From Candidatus Poribacteria bacterium (GTDB lineage Bacteria > Poribacteria > WGA-4E > WGA-3G), in NCBI GenBank assembly GCA_965205015.1, contig OZ242029.1:1120001-1184000 (forward strand): 64,000 bases of DNA, read 5' to 3'. Positions 18,781 through 28,976 of the stretch are shown here, in pieces. Below the pieces are notes generated by a model, which was given only the letters and a program-made list of their open reading frames with translations, had not been told where the DNA came from and ran no database searches. The translations under genes and the position numbers were made by a program. Position 1 is the first letter of the stretch. Each line of letters begins with the position of its first letter.

Positions 18781-19759
18781 AGCGAATCCTCGGATCTACC
18801 CAAGCGAGGGCTATGTCTGCGAGCAGGTTCCCGATCACCAGAAGGAGGCTCAGCATCATAATCAACGTCCCCGCGAGATAGATGTCCTCGTTCAATAAAC
18901 TGCGTAAAAGAATCGGTCCGACTGTCGGTAATCCCAAGACGATTGAGACGATCGCTGAACCGGAGAGAATACCGGGGAGACTCATCCCCAAAATGCTGAT
19001 AAGTGGATTGATCGCAATCCGTACCGCATGCTTACTCACCACAACGATCTCTTTAAGCCCTTTTGCTCTCGCCGTTTGGACGAAAGGCTGTCCCAGCACA
19101 TCAAGGAGGTTGCCCCGCATGATCCGCATCAAACTCGCGGTTCCGTTAATCCCAACGACAATGACAGGGATCCAGAGGTGCTTGAAAAGGTCGTTCAGTT
19201 TGCCCCAGGTCCACGGCGCGCCTTCATAGTAAGCCGAGAATAGCCCAAACAGTGGAACACCGAAGATATCAAACGCAAAGACCATCAATGAGAGTGCTAA
19301 GAGAAACGCCGGTATGGACATCCCGACGAAACTGAGGAAGGTGAGAAAGTGATCCGACCACTTGTATTGGTGCGTTGCGGAATAGACACCGAGCGGGATA
19401 GCGACAACGTAGGTGAAGATGAGCGATCCGACAGAGATAATCAAGGTGAAGGCGATTCTGTCCCATATCAGTTCGTGGACCTCTCGTTTATACTCAAACG
19501 ATTCGCCGAAGTTACCACGCACAAAACCACCCATCCAGATAAAGTAGCGTTTCCAGAGCGGTTCGTTCAAACCGTAACGCGCCCGCAATTCCTCAACATG
19601 CGCCAGTGAACTGCTATCGCCGAACTCCTCCTCTAACCGCTGAATTTCCCGGTCGAGGTAATCGCCTTGGGGGAGCTGGATGATAATAAAAGAGATAATG
19701 GAAATCGCCATGAGTGTCGGAATCGCGATCAAACATCGGCGAATGATATAGGTAATTAT
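18773..19759 (-). CDS. Peptide/nickel ABC transporter permease (OppB/DppB type); apparent ATA start at 19759
   Basis: ITYIIRR N-terminus, TARAKGL, DPRIRYE; AGGAG 8 nt upstream of ATA. Confidence 0.88.
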   Translation of the reverse strand: MITYIIRRCLIAIPTLMAISIISFIIIQLPQGDYLDREIQRLEEEFGDSSSLAHVEELRARYGLNEPLWKRYFIWMGGFVRGNFGESFEYKREVHELIWDRIAFTLIISVGSLIFTYVVAIPLGVYSATHQYKWSDHFLTFLSFVGMSIPAFLLALSLMVFAFDIFGVPLFGLFSAYYEGAPWTWGKLNDLFKHLWIPVIVVGINGTASLMRIMRGNLLDVLGQPFVQTARAKGLKEIVVVSKHAVRIAINPLISILGMSLPGILSGSAIVSIVLGLPTVGPILLRSLLNEDIYLAGTLIMMLSLLLVIGNLLADIALAWVDPRIRYE

Positions 19760-19825
19760 GAGTGTATCTCCTTTTTATTTTTTACCAGTGTTGCGGGCTG
19801 CTGTCTTGGATAAACCCAAACCCGT

Positions 19826-19932
19826 AGCCCGTAATGAAATGAAGGGGTTTTTGCTTGGGTGTTTCTTCAGATTTGAGGAACGCACGTCAACGTCCAAACG
19901 TCCGTTGTTACTCCGCAAGGTATAATTAAAAA
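19826..19932 (+). repeat. Dispersed intergenic element, full copy
   Basis: agcccgtaatgaaatgaagggg...gggtgtttcttca...ccgcaaggtataattaaaa; aligns by eye with 28867-28976. Confidence 0.8.
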
Positions 19933-21872
19933 TTAGATAGCCAACACTGTTCGGGATAACTGGTTGCAGGCGTGACAATCGCCCACGGACCCAAAATGCC
20001 GTCGTTTGGGACGTTGTGAAAATGGTTCGCTACGACCAAGAGCGATGGTGAACGCGCCGCGGATCCGAGATGAAACGGTCCCTCGTCGATGTGAATCCTG
20101 ACGGCATCCCGGACATACTGGTGCCGTTGTTTTTCATCGGGTTCTTTTTTAATTTCGTCGTATAAGTCAAGCAACTTTTTCAGCGGTCCAGTGGCGGGTT
20201 CGCCCTTTTCACCCCCGGTTTCGTACCACTTCCCTACTTTCGGATGCCAGTACTTGGGGAGCGTCGGAAATACCCAATCGGGATACGTGAAGAGATCCAT
20301 CTCCGCTTCACCGTGCATACTGATTGTGAATTTACCGAGTGTACGCCGCAAACTTAACTCGGCACCCGGCGGCGTATAGAGCAGGGTTTTCAAACCGAGT
20401 TGCTCCCACCCTTCCTCAATAATCAACCCGATGTCGTTCTCCTGGCTATTCAGATTAGAACTCGGAACGTCCATGAGTATCTCAATCGGTTTTCCATCGG
20501 GACGCAGCCTATAACCGTCCTCATCGCGTGCTGTGAGTCCCATTTCATCGAGAAGTCGGTTTCCTGCAGCAATATCAAAGTCTGCGTCGGCACGTTTCCA
20601 TTCTTCAAAGAGGGTCTGTCCGTCTTCATCAGCGAAGTGCCATCCCTCTTGACTGACGGTTGCCGCTTGGGGCTCCAACAAGCCGCGCCATGCGATTTCG
20701 TTACATTTCACACGATCAATACCGTAAGCGAGTGCCTTACGGAAACGCTGATCCCGAATGAGTTTTCTTAACACCGGATCGGGGGCAGTCCAGTTAATCA
20801 AGATAGCGGGTTGTGCACCAGCCGTGCTTTTCCAGCGACGGACCTTATAGTTTCCCTTCTCCTGTCCCTTCAAATAGAGTGCGAGATCGCGGAGTTCCAT
20901 CCCGCGGTACTGGCAGTCGATCTCCCCGGCGAGGATTTTGAGCACACGTACCTGCGGCTCAGGCACTAAACTCGTTTTCACTCTGTCAATGTAAGGGAGC
21001 TGCCTGCCGAGTTCATCAACGACATAGTAATAGGGATTGCGTTCGAGTTCTACACGGAAACCTCCCTTTTCATATTTTGTCACCCGCCAGGGCCACAACG
21101 TCGGACGTTCCGGATTCTGATGTGGGATGTTTTCCTTCTCAAACCGGATGAAATCCGTGTATTTCGGGTTCCCGTTTGGGTGGAACTGCATCATGTAGTG
21201 CTTGGGAATGTTATATTGATTGCACCACCAAAAACCCGTCGCCAACCAGAGCGGCACGAGCCAGTTGGGACCTGCGAATTTCATGACAATCGTATAATCA
21301 TCGGGCGTTTCGACTTCCATTGGAATGCCGTTTACTTTACACCAAACCGGTGGGCTGTACTTGTACCGTTCATCAAGGCAGAGGTCATAATAGAAAGCGA
21401 ACGAGGCAGAGGTATAGGGATGTCCGTCCGACCATTTGACTCCCTTGCGGAGATGCAACGTTAACACACTTCCATCCTCATTGAACTCCCATGTTTCAGC
21501 AAGACCGGGTTCCAGACCGGAAGCATCAAATTTCCATCGGATGAGCGGTGCGTACCCCGCTGTCATCTTCCATGTCCCCAAATCTGGATGTGTGTGGAAC
21601 CGGTGCCACGTGCCACCATAGGGACCCGGACGTTCATAGCCATCGAAATTCGTCTTAGCAACGAGTGGGTTTTCTGGGAGCCGTTCCATGAGAGACGGAA
21701 GTTTGCCTTCGGTGACGCGTTTTGCCCACATCGGTGCCTCTTTGGCTTCGATTCCACGCGGAAAATCGGAGGTATCTTCCAAAGAGTTTCCCGAACATCC
21801 GGCGATGAAAATCAGTAAGATAATTAGAGCTTTCGCTGCATTCTGAGGGATTTGTATCGGAAACCTTCGCAT
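19926..21872 (-). CDS. ABC transporter substrate-binding lipoprotein (family 5)
   Basis: Lipobox IAGC, LPSLMERLPENP, LRKGVKWSDG, QLPYID. Confidence 0.92.
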   Translation of the reverse strand: MRRFPIQIPQNAAKALIILLIFIAGCSGNSLEDTSDFPRGIEAKEAPMWAKRVTEGKLPSLMERLPENPLVAKTNFDGYERPGPYGGTWHRFHTHPDLGTWKMTAGYAPLIRWKFDASGLEPGLAETWEFNEDGSVLTLHLRKGVKWSDGHPYTSASFAFYYDLCLDERYKYSPPVWCKVNGIPMEVETPDDYTIVMKFAGPNWLVPLWLATGFWWCNQYNIPKHYMMQFHPNGNPKYTDFIRFEKENIPHQNPERPTLWPWRVTKYEKGGFRVELERNPYYYVVDELGRQLPYIDRVKTSLVPEPQVRVLKILAGEIDCQYRGMELRDLALYLKGQEKGNYKVRRWKSTAGAQPAILINWTAPDPVLRKLIRDQRFRKALAYGIDRVKCNEIAWRGLLEPQAATVSQEGWHFADEDGQTLFEEWKRADADFDIAAGNRLLDEMGLTARDEDGYRLRPDGKPIEILMDVPSSNLNSQENDIGLIIEEGWEQLGLKTLLYTPPGAELSLRRTLGKFTISMHGEAEMDLFTYPDWVFPTLPKYWHPKVGKWYETGGEKGEPATGPLKKLLDLYDEIKKEPDEKQRHQYVRDAVRIHIDEGPFHLGSAARSPSLLVVANHFHNVPNDGILGPWAIVTPATSYPEQCWLSNF

Positions 21873-21873
21873 G

Positions 21874-22836
21874 TCAGACCTCCTCTTCACGCTTTACGAG
21901 GGAATCAGTGAACGTATTTAGGTCTTGGGAAACCCTTGTAAATAGGTCATCAATTGACTTGGCATGCGGTATGGTCTTTTCATATTTCAATTCTCTATTG
22001 TAGATATTATTGACTTTGTGCCGGAACTTCAAAAGGTCTTCTAACTGAAAACATGTTTGTTCGGAAATCACGGGAGATCGTTCGGGTCGCTGTTCCGCCA
22101 TTTGTGCGAGCAGATTTTTATGCCATTGACTGCCAGTCGGGACGTGCATATCGACCTCACGGGCAATTCGGAGAAAGATGTTCTCTATCCCTCTATAGAC
22201 ATCGGCGAGATCTGTAGCAATTGTATTCTCAATGAATTCTCTCGCCTCAATAGGTAGCACACCAATATACCCCAAACCTCTATGGATTCTTTCAAGTGCG
22301 TCCTCTATTTTTACGAGTTCATCGTTGATGCGTTGTGTGAGTCTTTTTCGGTTCATCTCATAAATTTCTCCGTCGTCAATAGGGAAAACCTGTTGCTGCA
22401 GATGTTTGTAAAGCGTCTGCCATATATCTCTCATACTACTGGAGGGACGGGTTCCTTTTTCGATGGGGATCGCTTGGTGTTTGATCCGCTCCCGGAAAAG
22501 TCCTTTGGAGGTATCAAAGTTAATGATGTCCATTTTGAATCCCGAATCGAAGTCCATCACCACTTCCCACGCTTTATCATAATCGTCATCGGAGAGTCCT
22601 GACACGGCGATATCAATATCCGACTCGTTTGTGAACCACATCGGTTCCGTGAGGGAACCGAAGACCACGACTTGGATTGTGTCAAACCGTGCATAGAGGT
22701 GCGTGGCGACTTCATAAGCCGCGTCCCATGCTCGATGGAGCAATTCTTCGTCCATGATTCGGCTTTTCCAGTGTTGCTCCAGTCGCCTTCTGCATGCGGA
22801 GAGTTGATCTACAGACATCTTTTGCTTTGACATCAC
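21874..22836 (-). CDS. Fused minimal nucleotidyltransferase (MNT) and HEPN/HepT-like domain protein
   Basis: VFGSL...ESDIDIAV (GSx10DxD); C-terminal YRGIENIF.RIA, WHKNLL, FRHKVNNIY. Confidence 0.8.
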   Translation of the reverse strand: MMSKQKMSVDQLSACRRRLEQHWKSRIMDEELLHRAWDAAYEVATHLYARFDTIQVVVFGSLTEPMWFTNESDIDIAVSGLSDDDYDKAWEVVMDFDSGFKMDIINFDTSKGLFRERIKHQAIPIEKGTRPSSSMRDIWQTLYKHLQQQVFPIDDGEIYEMNRKRLTQRINDELVKIEDALERIHRGLGYIGVLPIEAREFIENTIATDLADVYRGIENIFLRIAREVDMHVPTGSQWHKNLLAQMAEQRPERSPVISEQTCFQLEDLLKFRHKVNNIYNRELKYEKTIPHAKSIDDLFTRVSQDLNTFTDSLVKREEEV

Positions 22837-23834
22837 TATACTCCCTGTAACGCCAATGTATCACTGTGATGACACGCCACCTGAACTCCGGATGCTACCT
22901 GACGGAGCTCCGGGGTTTCCTGTTTGCATATATCGGTTGCGTACCGGCACCGCGGGTGAAAATAGCATCCGGTAGGCGGTTGAGATGGATCAGGGACATC
23001 CCCTTCAAGGCGAATATGTTCGCGTTTGCGCTGTGCACTCGGATCTGGAAGTGGCACAGCGGATATTAATGCCTCCGTATAGGGATGCTTCGGCGATTGA
23101 TAGAGGGTTTCAGCATCGCTGATTTCCACGATTTTACCGAGATACATGACCGCGACGCGGTCACTGATATGTTCAACGACACTTAGATCGTGTGCGATAA
23201 AGATATAAGAGAGCTGAAATTTTTCACGGAGCTCCGCCAGCAAATTGAGAATTTGTGCTTGGACGGAAACATCCAATGCCGAGACGGGTTCATCTGCGAC
23301 GATGAGTTCCGGCTGAAGTGCTAACGCCCGCGCAATACCGATACGTTGGCGTTGTCCGCCACTGAAGGCGTGTGGGTATCGGCGCATATCCTGCGATCTC
23401 AAGCCCACGGATTCCAACAGTTCCACAATCCGGTCTTGAAGTGCTGTCCCCTTTTCGGTCCGATTGACGCGCATCGGCTCGCCGACAATATCTCCCACCG
23501 TCATCCGAGGATTGAGCGATGCATGCGGGTCCTGGAAGATCATCTGGATACGTCTACGATACGGACGCATCTCGTGATAGGTCAACTTGGCTAAATCAAC
23601 CTCTTCCTCGCCGAAAATGAAACTCCCGCTTGTGGGTGGAATCAATCGGAGGAGGCATCGTCCTGCTGTGGTTTTCCCGCAGCCGCTTTCACCGACGAGC
23701 CCCAACGTTTCACCGCGTTGGACATCAAAACTGATACCATCAACCGCCTTGACATAACCGACAGTGCGTTGAAAGATGCCTTTCTGTATCGGAAAATATT
23801 TTCTGAGGTCGTTCACCTGAAGCAACTTCGCCAT
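22836..23834 (-). CDS. Oligopeptide ABC transporter ATPase (OppF type)
   Basis: [36 protein letters not shown]. Confidence 0.95.
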   Translation of the reverse strand: MAKLLQVNDLRKYFPIQKGIFQRTVGYVKAVDGISFDVQRGETLGLVGESGCGKTTAGRCLLRLIPPTSGSFIFGEEEVDLAKLTYHEMRPYRRRIQMIFQDPHASLNPRMTVGDIVGEPMRVNRTEKGTALQDRIVELLESVGLRSQDMRRYPHAFSGGQRQRIGIARALALQPELIVADEPVSALDVSVQAQILNLLAELREKFQLSYIFIAHDLSVVEHISDRVAVMYLGKIVEISDAETLYQSPKHPYTEALISAVPLPDPSAQRKREHIRLEGDVPDPSQPPTGCYFHPRCRYATDICKQETPELRQVASGVQVACHHSDTLALQGV

Positions 23835-23931
23835 TGTTTATCTCTTATCCTATCTCCTAATTTAAGGGAAGGCGGATATACGAAAAGGTACTTCAATATC
23901 CAACCCCTCCTTACCGAATCGCAAGGTAAAA

Positions 23932-24966
23932 TTAAAGATCTGTGTGAAGCCAGCATCGAACAGCATGTCCATCATTTTGCGTTTTTCCATTGATCTCTGC
24001 GAGTTCCGGCATCCGTTCGCATTCCGACATCCGTTCTGAACACCGAGATTGAAACGAGCATCCGTCCGGGAGTGTCAAGGGGTGTGGCACCGTCCCAGGT
24101 ATGGAGGGCAAAGTTTTCTGCGGCGTTTTTCCGAGGACGGGTATGGACTTTAGCAATCCCTGGGTGTACGGGTGTAGCGGATTATAGAAGATGTCATCAA
24201 CGGTGCCTTTTTCGACGACGCGGCCTGCGTACATGACAACGACTTCATCAGCGAGATCGGCAATGACCCCGAGATCATGGGTGATGAGCATAATTGCCAT
24301 CCCCATTTCCGCTTGAAGCTCCTGCATGAGACCCAGCACCTGCGCTTGTATCGTCACATCGAGTGCAGTTGTGGGTTCATCTGCAATGAGGAGTGTCGGT
24401 GAACAACAGAGTGCCATCGCAATCATGACGCGTTGACGCATGCCACCCGAGAGTTGGTGTGGGTATTCATCGACACGTTGTGTAGGGGCGGGTATGCCGA
24501 CGCGGGCGATCATCTCAATTGCGCGCTCGCGGGCGGTCTTCTTATCAACCTGCTCGTGTAAAATGATCGCTTCAGCAATCTGGTTTCCGATCGTATAGAC
24601 CGGATTGAGGGAAGTCATGGGTTCCTGGAAAATAATGGCAATTTCGTTGCCGCGGATTTGGCGCATCAATTCGCTTTTTGGCGACACTTGTGCAATGTCC
24701 AACGGGTCATCTTCACCGTTGCGATAAAATTGGATCTCACCGGCTTCAATACGTCCCGGTGACGGCACGAGTTGAAGCATCGATAGTCCAGTGATGCTTT
24801 TGCCGCAGCCACTTTCGCCGACAACGCCGACGGTCTGACCGCGGCCAATTTTAAAACTGACATCGTTCACGGCATTGACAATGCCATCGTCTGTTGGAAA
24901 AACTGTTTTTAAGCCTGAAATTTCCAGGAGCGGTTTTTCGTGGGATGTATTTTGCGCTGAAGCCAT
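23932..24966 (-). CDS. Oligopeptide ABC transporter ATPase (OppD type)
   Basis: GESGCGKS, LSGGMRQR, DEPTTALD, HPYT. Confidence 0.95.
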   Translation of the reverse strand: MASAQNTSHEKPLLEISGLKTVFPTDDGIVNAVNDVSFKIGRGQTVGVVGESGCGKSITGLSMLQLVPSPGRIEAGEIQFYRNGEDDPLDIAQVSPKSELMRQIRGNEIAIIFQEPMTSLNPVYTIGNQIAEAIILHEQVDKKTARERAIEMIARVGIPAPTQRVDEYPHQLSGGMRQRVMIAMALCCSPTLLIADEPTTALDVTIQAQVLGLMQELQAEMGMAIMLITHDLGVIADLADEVVVMYAGRVVEKGTVDDIFYNPLHPYTQGLLKSIPVLGKTPQKTLPSIPGTVPHPLTLPDGCSFQSRCSERMSECERMPELAEINGKTQNDGHAVRCWLHTDL

Positions 24967-25011
24967 TCTCTTGGGGTACCTTAAACTTAAGCGTATGCCA
25001 AATTTTAGGGG

Positions 25012-25040
25012 ATTATACACAAAAAACGCGTGTGTGTCAA
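25012..25040 (-). promoter_or_regulatory. Consensus sigma70 promoter of the ABC operon
   Basis: TTGACA-17 nt-TATAAT. Confidence 0.75.
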
Positions 25041-25088
25041 TCTTTTTTAATCTTGGCAACGGTAATCAAGGAACGGAAAGAAAAGTGC

Positions 25089-25112
25089 AGGCGCGGTTAC
25101 GAAACCGCGCCT
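25089..25112. terminator. GC-rich hairpin (terminator or REP-like)
   Basis: aggcgcggttacgaaaccgcgcct downstream of the anti-sigma gene. Confidence 0.5.
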
Positions 25113-25171
25113 GAATAAATGGAAGGAGTAAAAATGAAGGCACCCCGAGCAGTACAGGCGTGCTTGTATAT

Positions 25172-25897
25172 CTATAACTCGGTTTTAATGTGATTCCAAA
25201 ACACAGTCAACTTTTCGTTCGCAATATCTCGGGCATAGTTAACGACACTGGCTTCGCCTGTCTGCTCTTCATAACCTATGGTATCGGTGCGCCACATCTT
25301 CGATGAATCCTGCGTCGGACTGAAGAAGTAACTATGTGCATGCTGGACAGCGATTACAGACTGTTGTGGCGTGTCCGGGTTCTCAACTTTCGTCTCAGTG
25401 TCTTTAATCAGTGCCCAGGGAGATGGAGATATCTTGACGTGTTGAAGCCGTGTCCTCTCCATTGCGGTTAAGCCGAATTCCGGCTCCTGTGAATCCGTGA
25501 AGAATGCTAATTTCATGACAAAACCGGAAGCGACGAGAAAGAAAAGTAGGACAATAGCGTTGACTAACCGCGGAGAGAGAGGCAACTTTAATCGGTCCAG
25601 ACACCACGCTAAAGGCGCCGCGAAGAATGCGAATTCCTGTTGTCGATGGCGTTGCCGGATGCTCTGTTGAATACTTCCGACTAATTCCGGCGGCGGAATT
25701 GGTGCTTCCGTATTTTCCAATACACTTGCGGTGTGCCACAACGCTTCATACTCTCTTTGGCATCCTGGACAGGCTCGCAGATGCGCCAAAAGGGTGCGTC
25801 GCGAAATTCCCTCAGAAATTGGTTCTGTCGTTCGTGCATCCCTCTGCACGACGAGGTGTGGCAAATTGTTAAGAGTCTGTTCGCAATTCAAATTCAT
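25172..25897 (-). CDS. Zinc-finger (ZAS) anti-sigma factor with TM helix
   Basis: AHLRACPGC (HxxxCxxC), TM segment; TGATG overlap with sigma gene. Confidence 0.85.
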   Translation of the reverse strand: MNLNCEQTLNNLPHLVVQRDARTTEPISEGISRRTLLAHLRACPGCQREYEALWHTASVLENTEAPIPPPELVGSIQQSIRQRHRQQEFAFFAAPLAWCLDRLKLPLSPRLVNAIVLLFFLVASGFVMKLAFFTDSQEPEFGLTAMERTRLQHVKISPSPWALIKDTETKVENPDTPQQSVIAVQHAHSYFFSPTQDSSKMWRTDTIGYEEQTGEASVVNYARDIANEKLTVFWNHIKTEL

Positions 25898-26469
25898 CAA
25901 GACCCTCCTTCCAAGAGATAATATTTGCTCAACTTCCGCTTGAGATTTTTCAGTGCCTGATTCAACCGTGAAGCCACAGTACCTTCCGAACACTTCAATA
26001 TCTCAGCGATCTCCCGGTATTTGAGGTGCTGCATATAGTAGAGTATGACGACCTCGCGCTGTTTCTGCGGTAACCGACTAATGGCACCCTGAACCATTTC
26101 GTTCCGCTCTATATTGACCACCGCCCGTTCGGGTGAGTCGGTTTCAGAAACCGCGCCCTCTATTTCCGTTTCTCTGGTGTAAGCGGTAAGTTTGCGTTCA
26201 TGCGATTGCGATTTACGGATATACTGCTGGCACGTATTGATGCCGATACTATAGAGCCAGGTCCCGAACTGCGACTGAAATCGAAACGCCTTAATTGACT
26301 TGTATGCCTCTAAAAACGTTTCCTGTGTCGCGTCAGCAGCATCTTCGGGATTGCCCAGCATTCGGTAGGCAAGCCCATAAATCTTTGAATGATGCCGATT
26401 GACGAGCTCGTTGAACGCCTCGGCATCGCCCTCCACTGTTTGGTGCACATACACATCATCAGGAATCAT
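25897..26469 (-). CDS. ECF sigma-70 factor
   Basis: DAADATQETF, FGTWLY, YREIAEIL...GTVASRL; start taken as ATG 26469. Confidence 0.92.
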   Translation of the reverse strand: MIPDDVYVHQTVEGDAEAFNELVNRHHSKIYGLAYRMLGNPEDAADATQETFLEAYKSIKAFRFQSQFGTWLYSIGINTCQQYIRKSQSHERKLTAYTRETEIEGAVSETDSPERAVVNIERNEMVQGAISRLPQKQREVVILYYMQHLKYREIAEILKCSEGTVASRLNQALKNLKRKLSKYYLLEGGS

Positions 26470-26471
26470 AC

Positions 26472-26561
26472 TTTTAATTTTTCCTTGCGGTTCGATGAGG
26501 GTGGATTTCACACTTGACGTTCCTTGACGTAGAACCAGCCCTCCATTACATTACGGGCTTA
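26472..26561 (-). repeat. Dispersed intergenic element, full copy directly upstream of the sigma ATG
   Basis: Reverse complement agcccgtaatgtaatggagggct...gaaccgcaaggaaaaattaaaa. Confidence 0.75.
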
Positions 26562-26819
26562 CGCGCTCGTAACTAAGAATACAAATTTCTAATTTACCTT
26601 GCGGTTCGTCAAAAAGTGGCAAGTGCGCCCATAAATTGGGGTGTTATTTCTTTTGTTGCATCGGACCCAATTTTTCTTCATTTTTTCTTTTTAAGAGCAA
26701 AAAAAGAGAACTCATGTCCCGCTATAGTAATTTGGACACCCCAAAGCGGCGAGGTTAGGAAACCTCGCCAGCGGCAGTAGGGATGGTTTTCGTGTAGAAT
26801 TCACTATACGTCCGAAACG

Positions 26820-27386
26820 TTATACGGATTCGCACGCCTCACAGACCAAGGCGAAACGTTTAGTGCCGTTTGCCTCAAATTCGGTCTCGTAATCATAACT
26901 GACCGGCACGTTTGACTCACCACACCAATCACAGCGTCCAGAAAAGGTGTGTGCATTCTGTCCCAAAAGCACTTCCTTCTGCTCCTCAACCTTGCGGGTA
27001 GCAGCAATGAGGTCAAGCGCATTTTGGCGGAGCTTCGGATCGGTTTCCTCTTTAGCGATCCTTTCAAGGAGCGGTTGGAGTCTCGGATCGTTCGGATTTC
27101 CGCCGTCCTCAAGCGTATGCCACGCGGCTTTGCGGACGCGCAAATCGGGATCGACCAAGCCTTTGTAGAGTGCTACCCACACTTTGTCGATACTTTTCCG
27201 AACGTGACACGGACAGAGATTGTCCATCGCCTCAACGCGATCGTCCGCGTTCGCAGAATACGCGAGGGAGAGGTAGTATTCGACCTCATTACCGCGCAAC
27301 CGATCCTCACGCCGGCGATGTGCTTTCTTCTGATACTTGTTCATGCCTCGCATTTTTCTTGCCTTCGGAATTCCATGTTTTGGCAT
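26820..27386 (-). CDS. HEAT-repeat protein with basic N-terminus and C-terminal Zn finger
   Basis: K/R-rich N-terminus, LCPCH, DPDLRVRKAAWHTL, CDWC...CEAC. Confidence 0.7.
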   Translation of the reverse strand: MPKHGIPKARKMRGMNKYQKKAHRRREDRLRGNEVEYYLSLAYSANADDRVEAMDNLCPCHVRKSIDKVWVALYKGLVDPDLRVRKAAWHTLEDGGNPNDPRLQPLLERIAKEETDPKLRQNALDLIAATRKVEEQKEVLLGQNAHTFSGRCDWCGESNVPVSYDYETEFEANGTKRFALVCEACESV

Positions 27387-27502
27387 CTGTTTCCTCCGAT
27401 TTTTAAAATTAGCGGATTTCGTCCTTCTCTTCCGGGACTATTTTTTTAGTTTTTCAACCATGGCGAAACGCCTCAAGAAACGGAAAAATCCACGATGTGA
27501 GT

Positions 27503-28810
27503 CTACCACTTTGTCGATTGTACAAGTGCTTCGACTTCATCAATTTCTTTCGGGACACCGTCCGTTAGCACTTCACAACCGTCCTCAGTAATGAGGATAT
27601 CGTCCTCTATGCGGACCCCGATGCCGAGATACGCCGGGGGGACCTCCTTTGTATCGTCAGCGACGTAGAGTCCGGGTTCAATTGTCATCACCATTCCGGG
27701 TTGGAAGGTTTTGAAATCACCGTTGGGGTCGTGGACGCAATTGACATCGTGAACATCTAAACCGAGCATGTGTCCGATCCGGTACATGTAAAACTGCCGA
27801 TACGCTTCCTTCTTTATCAATTTCTTTGCTTTTCCGGTGAGGAGACCGAGGCTGAGCATCCCCTCCGTCAACAACTCAATCGACTTTTGGTGCGGTGCGT
27901 CGATGGAAACCCCAGGACGGATCGAATCAATAATGGCAGTGTGTGCGTCAAGAACAATCTGATAAATCTCTCGCTGCGCTTCAGTGAAAGTGCCGTTCGC
28001 CGGGAAGGTACGCGTCACATCACCGGAGTAGCGACCGTATTCTGCACCTGCGTCAATGAGTACGAGGGTTTCGTCTTCAATCCGGCAGTCATTCGTTGTG
28101 TAGTGGAGCGTCGTCGCGTTTCCACCACTCGCAACGATAGTGGGAAAGGCGATGCCGTTTGCCCCGTTCATACGGAACGTGGATTCAACGAGTGCCTCCA
28201 GTTCGTATTCATACAACCCCGGACGGACCGCTTTCATCGCGGCGACGTGACCGGCTACGGTAATCTCCGTCGCCAATCGGGTGCGCTGCAGTTCAGTCTC
28301 ATTCTTGATTAACCGCAGTTCGCTGAGAATCGGACTCGGATCGACAAGCGTATCGAACCCCTTGCCAGATCGGATTCTTGACCTGACAGATTGCGTAAAA
28401 CGCGCGAGGATTTCGGAGTCAACCTCCGCATTGGAGCCGAGGGTATAGTAAAGCCGTTCGGCATCCTGTAGGTATTTCCCGATTTTCTCACTGAATTTTT
28501 CTATCGGATAGGCTTTATCTGCCCCGTAGCGTTTACGAGCATCCTTAACGCCAACGCGTTTACCGTTCCAGATTTCCGCCTGCTTATCTTTCGGACGAAC
28601 GAACAAAATATACTGATGTTTTGGATGATCGGGCGCGATGACACAGATTGACTCTGGTTCTTCAAACCCCGTAAGGTAAAAAAAATTCGGATCCGGACGA
28701 TAATTATATTCGGTGTCGTGATTCCAGATGGCGGGGGGTGTACTGGCGAAGATAGCGACCCCGCCACGTCCCATTTTTTCAATAAAAGCCTCGCGATTCT
28801 GTTTATACAA
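27503..28810 (-). CDS. pepP: Xaa-Pro aminopeptidase (M24B)
   Basis: FFYLTGFEEP, LHY, DAG, DVTRT, GHMLGLDVHD, TIEPGLY, GVRIEDD. Confidence 0.92.
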   Translation of the reverse strand: MYKQNREAFIEKMGRGGVAIFASTPPAIWNHDTEYNYRPDPNFFYLTGFEEPESICVIAPDHPKHQYILFVRPKDKQAEIWNGKRVGVKDARKRYGADKAYPIEKFSEKIGKYLQDAERLYYTLGSNAEVDSEILARFTQSVRSRIRSGKGFDTLVDPSPILSELRLIKNETELQRTRLATEITVAGHVAAMKAVRPGLYEYELEALVESTFRMNGANGIAFPTIVASGGNATTLHYTTNDCRIEDETLVLIDAGAEYGRYSGDVTRTFPANGTFTEAQREIYQIVLDAHTAIIDSIRPGVSIDAPHQKSIELLTEGMLSLGLLTGKAKKLIKKEAYRQFYMYRIGHMLGLDVHDVNCVHDPNGDFKTFQPGMVMTIEPGLYVADDTKEVPPAYLGIGVRIEDDILITEDGCEVLTDGVPKEIDEVEALVQSTKW

Positions 28811-28866
28811 GCCGTTCCCTCCTCATAAAGCGATGGATCCACGCAAGAAAAATGAAAACGAAAACC

Positions 28867-28976
28867 AAGCCCGTAAGCGAAGCGGGGGGGTTTTGTAGGG
28901 TGTTTCTTCAACGCTTGAGAATGATATGTCAGCGTCCTAACCCACGTCGTTTACCCGCAAGGTAAAATAAAAATTA
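28867..28976 (+). repeat. Dispersed intergenic element, full copy
   Basis: aagcccgtaagcgaagcgggggg...gggtgtttcttca...cccgcaaggtaaaataaaaa. Confidence 0.8.

Noticed and set aside
19775-19978. 67-aa ORF between ABC genes
   Set aside because: Runs through the dispersed repeat element and overlaps the substrate-binding gene; no coding features
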